This document shows positions 1-6,867 of a DNA stretch of 64,000 nucleotides, piece after piece; within the stretch, counting starts at the first letter, position 1, and the number at the start of each line of letters is the position of its first letter. This DNA comes from an uncultured Bacteroidales bacterium (GTDB taxonomy: Bacteria > Bacteroidota > Bacteroidia > Bacteroidales > FEN-979): NCBI GenBank assembly GCA_903945175.1, contig CAJAUM010000052.1, positions 1,113 through 65,112 on the forward strand, in the 5' to 3' direction. The translations under genes and the position numbers were made by a program. The notes beneath the pieces are model-generated. The model did no database searches and was not told the DNA's origin. It was given only the letters and a program-made list of their open reading frames with translations.

Positions 1-324
1 TAATTCTTGACTGGCAGATTATTTTTGCAATTTAAGGACGCACTTAACTTATTCATGCTTTGAATTTATTGTTGGGTTTGAATGATTTCTTCCAAATTGG
101 GATTTTCTCATAACAGTTTGAATTTCATGCTATTTTCAGGCTTAGCCGGGTGATGATGGACCAGGTGATGTGATATTGTTACGATATATTGACTTTATAC
201 TCATAAATATGTGATTATTCAAAGTTGTAACATCCTGTATTATACTTATTAAAAAATAAATATTGGCAGATGGTATGGTAAATATATGAAATAAATAAAT
301 AAACCAAATATATTTTTAAACTGC

Positions 325-354
325 AAAAAAAAAACCGCCCTTTGGGAGCGGTTT
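325..354 (-). terminator. Intrinsic terminator after the GLUG/T9SS gene (copy 1 of a duplicated 3'UTR-terminator module)
   Basis: The minus strand reads AAACCGC-TCCCAAAGG-GCGGTTT followed by a T-run (plus-strand A-run 325-334). It lies 35 nt past the stop at 389. The same 28-nt block recurs at 3763-3790. Confidence 0.8.
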
Positions 355-388
355 CAGTAACGAATGAGGGAAGTATGTTGAGGTGCTC

Positions 389-3184
389 TTATTTCCACAG
401 GATGATCTTTTTCATGACAATCTTGTCTCCCATAAGAACCCTGGCAATGTAAACACCGTTTAAGCAGTTCACTTCGATCTGGTTGAGGCCGTGTTCAACC
501 TGCCGACCCAATACCTTTTGTCCAAGCAGGTTGTACAGTTCGGCTTTTGCCGGTCCCCCGGCAAGCACATCGATGTAAAGCATGCTCCCGGCCGAATAAA
601 TATGTACCGCAGGTTGATCTGTCAACTCGGTCTCCCCTGATCCTTTTTTTGAAAAGTACAATGAAAAACGGGCGGCATCAGGGCCTGCCAATTCTGACTG
701 AAAAGTGAAGCTGTTGTTTTCGCGGAGATCCTGCCTGAAGCCACCCTGTTTATCCAGCAGATAAACCGATAACCCGGGATCAAATTCATTCATGTTGGTT
801 GCCTCCATGGTAAATACCCCTGCAACGGCGGTTCCAAAACCCAGGGGAATGGTAAGTGAGTCCTGATTTAGAAGTAGCGGTTGCCCGTTGATCACCACCA
901 CGTGATTATCGGAGGTAAAGGTAAACAGATGCGGATAGGCGGCATCGTTGAACCGTTTTTCAGAGTCGTACGGATCAAAGCCTGGTAGCGCCTGTTCGTA
1001 AAAACCAACGGCGATGTCGTCCTTTAAGGTATCCCGGCTGACAAACAACCTGAAAATATTTTGCTCTCCTATACTTTTGTAAAACGGCTGGCTGTTATGA
1101 ACCCTGGCCCCGTTCCCGATCTTGAGTGTTCCCTGACCGGAGGCTGCATCGGATACATGAACCCAGAAGCCCTGCATGGCAGGTATGTAGGGCTGGCCCA
1201 CCGGGCTTCCCGTTCCGGTTCCGGAGGTGCTGTTGTAGGTTGAATAGGTGCTGTTGGTGCGGTACCAAATGGTTGAATCGATGCCTGTTCTGGTGATACC
1301 GGTTGCGGGATGGGCGGGACTTCCCCAGTTGATGGCCGACGGGAATGGATTGCAAACCAGGTTGTACCCGGCGTTGGCGCCGCCGGAGGTGAAGGTCAGG
1401 TTATTGTCGGCCCCGATCCATCCGCTGTTCAGCGCTCCGGGGAATGTGGCAATGTTGGCGCCGGTGAAATTTTTATAGGAATATCCCTTCATTGGCGCAA
1501 GCGCAGCGCTGCCGTCGGTGATGTTGACATAGGCATTGGTGGGTTCATTCCACGAGAACAGCCTGGTGCCGGTATTTGGGGTCGGAGACAATGTTCCGAA
1601 AGAGCCGGTGGTTGCATTGGCCATGGGTGAGCCGATATACCACCAGCGGTTGCCCGAAAGATCATGTTTAACTTTTGTGGTCCCTGACCCGGTAATGCCA
1701 TTGTCGATAAACGACCCTTCCGTTTCAATCACCAGGTTTTCTCCCCCGTTCAGGTAGGTCATGCCCTGCACGGTCAGGAAACTGCCTGACGCGATGGTGA
1801 GCTTAATGCCAGGGTCGATTTTAAGATGTGTGCAAAGAACCGGCGAGGAGGGGCCCTGGCTGATTACGGGAGAATATGTACCAACATAGATACGGACAGT
1901 GGCGCCCGGAGGAGGGACATACCGCATCCAGCTACCCGTCGCCATCCAGTTACCCGCCGTATTCCAGTCAGAGCTTATACTACCTTGCCAAACTACAATA
2001 TCTTTCGGAAGGTAAGGATATGCGTTGTTGACCGTGTCGGTCATTGCCCATTGCTCCGTAAAATCCCAACCGGTAAAGGTGTTCTTGTCCTTCATCTGAG
2101 CGGTGGTCCTGCCCGAACCTCCCCCGGTGCTTGACGACTGTCCTGAAGTCTGGGTGTCCCAATAGCAATCAGTTACTGAATTTATACCGTTGTTGGCAGG
2201 GTCATTGATGCCTATAAACCCCACTGCCGTTCCCGGGCTTACAAAGCCTGTGGAATATGATAGTTGAACCCACGATTTGCGTTTAATGAGGCCTGCCAGT
2301 CCGCCTGCGCAGGCATTACCTGCCGCCACCGTTACAGCTGACCTTGAATAACAATCAGCCACTACGGAATTTATCATTGTTCCGATTAAGCCGCCTGCAC
2401 TCCCGTCTGGACAATTGTTGATGACCGGACCGGATGAATGACAAAACTTGATATAAGGACGCTTTGTCATTGTTGCCAAATAATCTCCTTCTGCAACACC
2501 AATTAATCCGCCACAATTGGTGCCAGGATCATATGGATAGCTTTGGGTCGAAACGCATGATACCGCCGCAGAGGATGAACAAAGCTTCACCTGTAGATTT
2601 ACTTGGGCGTAAGGCGACTCGTATGTAGACACAATTCCAATCAAACCGCCTGCACATGAAAGTAGTCCTGTCGCCGTGATTGACCCCGACGTATGACAAT
2701 CATAGATTTGGATTGTAGGAAAGTTGCTGCTCATGTCAATTATCGCAGCAGCAGCAAGACCTCCAGTCTTGGCATAATCCGTTCCGATGGTTATATTACA
2801 ACCAGAGATGGTCAGGTTCATGATCACAGTCCCGCCGCCCAGCAGGCCAAATAAGCCACCGTTGTATTCATCGCTGGGGTTATTGATCGTTAACCCTGTT
2901 ATCGTTTTATAGTTTCCCATGAAATTTCCGCAGAAAGGATTCCCCTGTAAACCGATTGAAACCCAGGAAGAATATCCTGATAAACTGATGTCGTTCATCA
3001 GCTTGAACCAGATCCCATAATAAGTATCGCCGTTATTTACATTGGTGGCCAGGGTGGCCAGGTCGGCCGCCGTGGCGATCTGGTAGGGATCGGATTGGGT
3101 CCCGGAACCCGACCATCCGAACGCATTCATGCCCTCCAGGCAAAGGATGAGTAAAAGCGCTGCAATTGTGATTCGTGTTTTCAT
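389..3184 (-). CDS. GLUG-motif repeat protein with T9SS type-A C-terminal sorting domain (secreted or surface cargo)
   Basis: ORF 389..3316 trimmed to ATG 3184, which begins a signal peptide (MKTRITIAALLLILCLEGMNAFG). Repeated GGL[IAF]G units are present (GGLFGLLGGG, GGLIGIVS, GGLIGVAEG, GGLIGTMI, GGLAGLI). The C-terminal tail ...LYNLLGQKV...GVYIARVLMGDKIVMKKIILWK is typical of Por_Secre_tail domains. No HExxH motif seen. Confidence 0.8.
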   Translation of the reverse strand: MKTRITIAALLLILCLEGMNAFGWSGSGTQSDPYQIATAADLATLATNVNNGDTYYGIWFKLMNDISLSGYSSWVSIGLQGNPFCGNFMGNYKTITGLTINNPSDEYNGGLFGLLGGGTVIMNLTISGCNITIGTDYAKTGGLAAAAIIDMSSNFPTIQIYDCHTSGSITATGLLSCAGGLIGIVSTYESPYAQVNLQVKLCSSSAAVSCVSTQSYPYDPGTNCGGLIGVAEGDYLATMTKRPYIKFCHSSGPVINNCPDGSAGGLIGTMINSVVADCYSRSAVTVAAGNACAGGLAGLIKRKSWVQLSYSTGFVSPGTAVGFIGINDPANNGINSVTDCYWDTQTSGQSSSTGGGSGRTTAQMKDKNTFTGWDFTEQWAMTDTVNNAYPYLPKDIVVWQGSISSDWNTAGNWMATGSWMRYVPPPGATVRIYVGTYSPVISQGPSSPVLCTHLKIDPGIKLTIASGSFLTVQGMTYLNGGENLVIETEGSFIDNGITGSGTTKVKHDLSGNRWWYIGSPMANATTGSFGTLSPTPNTGTRLFSWNEPTNAYVNITDGSAALAPMKGYSYKNFTGANIATFPGALNSGWIGADNNLTFTSGGANAGYNLVCNPFPSAINWGSPAHPATGITRTGIDSTIWYRTNSTYSTYNSTSGTGTGSPVGQPYIPAMQGFWVHVSDAASGQGTLKIGNGARVHNSQPFYKSIGEQNIFRLFVSRDTLKDDIAVGFYEQALPGFDPYDSEKRFNDAAYPHLFTFTSDNHVVVINGQPLLLNQDSLTIPLGFGTAVAGVFTMEATNMNEFDPGLSVYLLDKQGGFRQDLRENNSFTFQSELAGPDAARFSLYFSKKGSGETELTDQPAVHIYSAGSMLYIDVLAGGPAKAELYNLLGQKVLGRQVEHGLNQIEVNCLNGVYIARVLMGDKIVMKKIILWK

Positions 3185-3236
3185 GCTGGTAAAATCTATC
3201 TGTTTGAAAATCTTGAATATGGATAAGTCATGCATT

Positions 3237-3557
3237 TTACCCGCCCGGATCACCCGGAGGGGGGCAACCAAAAACCGTACATATAATAATAGAATCCTCG
3301 GCCCTTCCCCCGGCAATCATTTCCAGCTCGTTTGCAGTCAACTCTGTTTCATCAGGCTGAGCCGGAATAGTTGGAAGGACCAGGAACACAGTCTGCGGAT
3401 CCTCCTCCAGGATTCTCAAGTTGACGGATGGAGAAAGTTCAAACCCCGTCACGTCCTGAATGACTGCTTTCGGGTTTTCAAGAAGCTTCTTCCTGAAATC
3501 CGGGTCTTTCATCGCTTTTTCGATGAGTTGCTGTTCAAGTTTTTTTCGTTGTTCCAT
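3237..3557 (-). CDS. NHLP (nitrile-hydratase-like leader peptide) family RiPP precursor, 106 aa
   Basis: The leader MEQRKKLEQQLIEKAMKDPDFRKKLLENPKAVIQDVTGFELSPSVNLRILEEDPQTVFLVLPTIPA...ELTANELEMIAGG matches the NHLP/TOMM-propeptide pattern, including the double-Gly cleavage motif. The 22-aa core is RAEDSIIICTVFGCPPPGDPGG. ATG at 3557, TAA at 3237. Confidence 0.85.
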   Translation of the reverse strand: MEQRKKLEQQLIEKAMKDPDFRKKLLENPKAVIQDVTGFELSPSVNLRILEEDPQTVFLVLPTIPAQPDETELTANELEMIAGGRAEDSIIICTVFGCPPPGDPGG

Positions 3558-3661
3558 TGGTATAGACTTTTATTAAATACTGTGAAATTATGAAAAGTTG
3601 GATGAAATGGAAAAATATTTTCAATTGTGCATATCGCATCATTTACCTAAAAATCTCACTC

Positions 3662-3669
3662 CAAAGATA
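3662..3669 (-). promoter_or_regulatory. Candidate Bacteroidota -7 box (TATCTTTG) for the NHLP-GLUG unit
   Basis: Perfect TAnnTTTG on the minus strand. It sits between the upstream terminator (3755-3789) and ATG 3557, which implies a leader of about 100 nt. Confidence 0.4.
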
Positions 3670-3754
3670 ACTTCAAGTGGTCATGAATCAAAACAAAGCA
3701 GATAAGGATTTAACAATAGGAGTAAGGGATTGTAAAAAAGCATGGGGTATACTG

Positions 3755-3789
3755 AAAAAAACAAAAAAACCGCCCTTTGGGAGCGGTTT
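3755..3789 (-). terminator. Intrinsic terminator, copy 2 of the duplicated module
   Basis: Hairpin identical to 332-354, followed by a T-rich run on the minus strand. It lies 31 nt past the stop of the small ORF at 3820. Confidence 0.75.
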
Positions 3790-3819
3790 CTGGAATGTAT
3801 GCGGGAAATATGTTGAATG

Positions 3820-3993
3820 TTATTCGAAATCAGCGAATAACGGTGTTGCCGGGGCCAATGAAGCAATATCAACCTTTGGATTTAACATCTCATCCTCAAA
3901 AGAAGCAACAACTGGAAAAACCGGAGCAAGGCCGTCGAAGATCATTTCGGTATAGGTGTAATAGTTAAAGCTGGCAGAAGGACAGCATACCAT
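3820..3993 (-). CDS. Small ORF (57 aa) carrying two AP-x-x-P-x-x-A-x-F-[ED] motifs; possibly a truncated paralog of 30505..30903
   Basis: My own translation gives MVCCPSASFNYYTYTEMIFDGLAPVFPVVASFEDEMLNPKVDIASLAPATPLFADFE*. It is below the 60-aa track cutoff; the stop-to-stop frame extends to 4113. It has no signal peptide. It ends with the same motif as the 30505 protein and has its own terminator. Confidence 0.3.
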   Translation of the reverse strand: MVCCPSASFNYYTYTEMIFDGLAPVFPVVASFEDEMLNPKVDIASLAPATPLFADFE

Positions 3994-4256
3994 AATTCCT
4001 TGGTGACCCGAAAAATTGAAATTTTGAAGTAGGAGACTGGGAATTATTGGGGAAAAAGATGAAATATCGGACGATGACAGAAAATTTATCAGATTGAGTT
4101 GTGCAGCAGGTAATCAAACCAATTTGCGTTTGGAATTCTATCTTCTTCCGGTAGTTTTGAATTTACCATGAGGGCACTGAGTTTATCGCGGATTATTCCT
4201 GCCAGCTATCCACTAAAATTCGGCCGGGGAGTGGTCAAGAATGAAGTTTCAAGAAA

Positions 4257-4294
4257 TCAAAAAGAAGACGATGATTTGTCATATCATCGTCTTC
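4257..4294 (-). terminator. Intrinsic terminator after the Bor-like lipoprotein gene
   Basis: 12-bp perfect stem GAAGACGATGAT/ATCATCGTCTTC with a 7-nt loop. It is followed on the minus strand by CTTTTTGATTT and lies 22 nt past the stop at 4316. Confidence 0.8.
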
Positions 4295-4315
4295 CGGCAA
4301 TCGTAAACTGAACGA

Positions 4316-4609
4316 TTATTTTGTTACGTAAGTGGTGGTGGGTGAATAAATATACAAGGTTACATAAGTAACCAAACCATTGACAAACGATTGTTTCGTT
4401 TTAACGGTGTAATCTTTCGTGTCACCTGCCATTTTTTTGGGATCGGATAATTTCACGCGAACCAAACCTCCAAGCATGTAATGATTCCATTTTGTTACTT
4501 GCTGGGTGCCTTTTGCACCTTCACCAACCGTAGTTTTATAGGTATAGCATGAAGTAAATAAAAATGAGCACAAGAGCAATCCAACCGACATCTTAATAAT
4601 TCTTTTCAT
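4316..4609 (-). CDS. Bor/Iss-family lipoprotein
   Basis: Lipoprotein signal MKRIIKMSVGLLLCSFLFTSC. The C-terminal KQSFVNGLVTYVTLYIYSPTTTYV resembles lambda/E. coli Bor QQTFVNGLLGFITLGIYTPLEARV. Confidence 0.6.
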   Translation of the reverse strand: MKRIIKMSVGLLLCSFLFTSCYTYKTTVGEGAKGTQQVTKWNHYMLGGLVRVKLSDPKKMAGDTKDYTVKTKQSFVNGLVTYVTLYIYSPTTTYVTK

Positions 4610-4666
4610 TTTTAGTTGATTTTAGTTAGTTATGTAGTAATAAGCAGCTGGATGTAACACCAGTAA

Positions 4667-5299
4667 CTATTTTAATTCTTTTGTTATTTGCGGGTCGTTC
4701 ATCCACGATGCGATCTCTTTTTCCAGGTATTCAGGTGCATATTTCTTATAATTTGTACCCAAGATATCGGTAGCAATCTTCTCGCTTTTTTGAAAATTTT
4801 TGAATGCAAGCGTGTTTCCCGATTTATCAAAGACTTCGATATCCACGTCAATGTCGATCATGGTAGCAACAACCATGACAAGTTGCAATTTCTTAAATTT
4901 AATGATCATCAGTCGATCACTAGAGGATTGAATCAGCCTGGTCTTTATGTCGTCATAATTATCTTTGTAAGAGGTCGGAATTAATGAAACCGTATAACCT
5001 TTGGACTTAAATGACTGTGAAATTATCTCCTGGATTACGTCAGTAAAGTTTTTCCCACTCTTTGTTCCCATGGGCCAAGCGACACCAATATCTGAAAGTT
5101 GGTATCCAACAAAATCCGCTTTACGGCTTCCCTTCACGACCATCTCCCTTTGATCATAAACTGCAAGGGCGATGGATTTTGTTCCGGAATAATTTATTTC
5201 CACTTTCATTTTTTCATACGGAACTTTCTTCCCTACCACACAGCCCATGAGCGTTATTAAAAAGATCGAATAAATCGCAAACACACATAATTTTTTCAT
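4667..5299 (-). CDS. Hypothetical lipoprotein (weak YajG-like layout)
   Basis: Signal plus lipobox MKKLCVFAIYSIFLITLMGC. The 210-aa mature part has no motif I can name with confidence. Confidence 0.5.
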   Translation of the reverse strand: MKKLCVFAIYSIFLITLMGCVVGKKVPYEKMKVEINYSGTKSIALAVYDQREMVVKGSRKADFVGYQLSDIGVAWPMGTKSGKNFTDVIQEIISQSFKSKGYTVSLIPTSYKDNYDDIKTRLIQSSSDRLMIIKFKKLQLVMVVATMIDIDVDIEVFDKSGNTLAFKNFQKSEKIATDILGTNYKKYAPEYLEKEIASWMNDPQITKELK

Positions 5300-5533
5300 A
5301 AAAATGATTTTACGATTAGATTTATAATAACAGGGGTTTGAATAACGGACGACTTACCTTTTACGGCCCAATAGACAGCAAAGGGTGTGCCGGAAATAGT
5401 TGATAAATCAAAAATGAGTGATCTGATCAGCTATAGATCTGAATATGAAATATGATTTAAATATTATTTTTTTTAAGAAGAAATATTTAGGGAAGATTTA
5501 TGGGAAGATTTGAATATTTTTATCAATATAATC

Positions 5534-5563
5534 GCGTATACATGCGAAAAAGCGTGTATACGC
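5534..5563. repeat. 30-nt near-perfect hairpin/palindrome in non-coding DNA
   Basis: GCGTATACATGC-GAAAAA-GCGTGTATACGC forms a 12-bp stem with one G-U pair. Each arm contains GTATAC. No T-tract follows on either side. Confidence 0.7.
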
Positions 5564-5814
5564 AAAGGATTAGTGTTGGTTTATACTCCCACAATTCACA
5601 AATTAAGATAATTCACTATGTGGACAAGCGGGTCAAATTGATTATCCTTCGCAGATTTAGTCAGAACACTTCAACCTTTTAACAATCAATGAATACGGGT
5701 GGCGATTTTCAATGCTTAGGATGGTCAAAATCATCGAGTCTTCTATTTTAATTTCTGAAATAAGAAGGGACAGCTCGCCCCCTTCTTTACATTCAACCGG
5801 TTAAAATTACTCCT

Positions 5815-5997
5815 TTATAGGTTCTCACTTTTACGCTTTAGATAATCGTTGAAAGATTTCTCTCCTTCTTCATTCCAATACTGGTCATAGTAGCTCCATT
5901 TTAAACCATGGGTATAATCCCTGCAATTACCACTATCAATCGTGTGATATTTGTGTTTTCATGGCCCAAAATTATGTCGACTGCCGCTGTTGGTCAT
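5815..5997 (-). pseudogene. Decayed 60-codon ORF with an in-frame TGA at codon 13
   Basis: MTNSGSRHNFGP*KHKYHTIDSGNCRDYTHGLKWSYYDQYWNEEGEKSFNDYLKRKSENL. The TGA is at 5959-5961. Hairpin AAGAAGGG/CCCTTCTT at 5762-5787 lies just downstream. TGA is a normal stop elsewhere in the window. Confidence 0.35.
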
Positions 5998-6631
5998 TAT
6001 TTTGAAGTTTATTTAGTTCACTGATGGGTAGTGCAAATATGGAAAAATATTTTTTGTCCGACGCAACCTTTTTTCATGTTACGATGTCTTTAAGAAAAAC
6101 TAAAACCATGACACCACAAGAGACGAATACTGGCCTCAAGGAAACAGACTTGTTTCATCTCTACATAAACCTGCTTCACCGAAAGTTTGAGATTGACCAA
6201 TAATGAAAAATCGAGCAAACGTATGCTTTGCGGCATGAGGTTCATGAGGTCAAAAGAATGATCAGAGAATTAAGTATTTTAATGATTTATAATTCCATAA
6301 AGGTCATCAGGAACTGATCTGTTCTCAAAGAAAGAATGTTAGTCAAATCGAAATATCAGTTTCCGGCAACAACATATTGGCCCACTTCTTTTTTTCTTCG
6401 TCTTCGAAGTTGGCGAGGTAGCAAGTTTCATTTCTTTTCGTATGTTTGAAATACTGATATAAATTTTCGGTTTTCGGAGGGTACTTTATTGTGTGTGTCA
6501 GACAACAAAGCTAATAAAAAGCAAATTTTGTAAGTAATTGATTATGAGTAACATGATTTAAAATAGAAATGTACTAAGCCCGTAAATAACTCAATATCAA
6601 TATTATAACAATTTGTATGCAAATTGTAGGC

Positions 6632-6672
6632 AAAAAAGAAAAAAGCCACTCAGATTTTCATCGTAAGTGGCT
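6632..6672 (-). terminator. Terminator-like hairpin after tRNA-Val
   Basis: Stem AGCCACT/AGTGGCT (6644-6650 and 6666-6672) with a 15-nt loop. On the minus strand it is followed by TTTTTCTTTTTTG, 8 nt past the tRNA 3' end. Confidence 0.5.
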
Positions 6673-6679
6673 GATTTGG

Positions 6680-6757
6680 TGGTGGGAGCAACAGGATTCG
6701 AACCTGTGACCCTCTGCTTGTAAGGCAGATGCTCTGAACCGGCTGAGCTATGCTCCC
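6680..6757 (-). tRNA. tRNA-Val (anticodon TAC), CCA encoded
   Basis: The reverse complement is GGGAGCATAGCTCAGCCGGTTCAGAGCATCTGCCTTACAAGCAGAGGGTCACAGGTTCGAATCCTGTTGCTCCCACCA. It folds as a cloverleaf with anticodon loop CTTACAA and T-loop GGTTCGAATCC. Confidence 0.95.
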
Positions 6758-6770
6758 TTAATTGAGGGTG

Positions 6771-6778
6771 CAAAGGTA
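6771..6778 (-). promoter_or_regulatory. -7 box TACCTTTG for tRNA-Val (part of the extended TACCTTTGCACCC motif)
   Basis: Minus-strand TACCTTTGCACCCTC, 14 nt upstream of the mature tRNA 5' end. Confidence 0.6.
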
Positions 6779-6867
6779 ATGATTATTTCAAGACATCCAA
6801 ATGTCAAACAAGGATTCTGCCTTTTTATTGAAAATCCAATCCACCCGAAACCATGAATTGCTTGAGA

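Noticed and set aside
20-354. Perfect plus-strand -7 box TATTTTTG at 20-27 with no downstream ORF (possible sRNA ending at the 332-354 hairpin)
   Set aside because: On the plus strand only three T residues follow the hairpin. The longest peptide is 23 aa, and one promoter-like octamer in AT-rich DNA is expected by chance. I cannot support this call without expression data.
3185-3316. 5' extension of the GLUG ORF (track start 3316), which would overlap the NHLP precursor by 80 nt
   Set aside because: The extension has no signal peptide, whereas ATG 3184 starts a canonical one. The overlapped region is the well-conserved NHLP core and stop, so the extension is read-through of an open frame.
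3129-3955. Plus-strand ORFs 3129..3593, 3677..3955 and 3777..3968
   Set aside because: They run antisense to the NHLP gene or straight through the terminator hairpin. They have low-complexity or odd composition and no promoter or start context.
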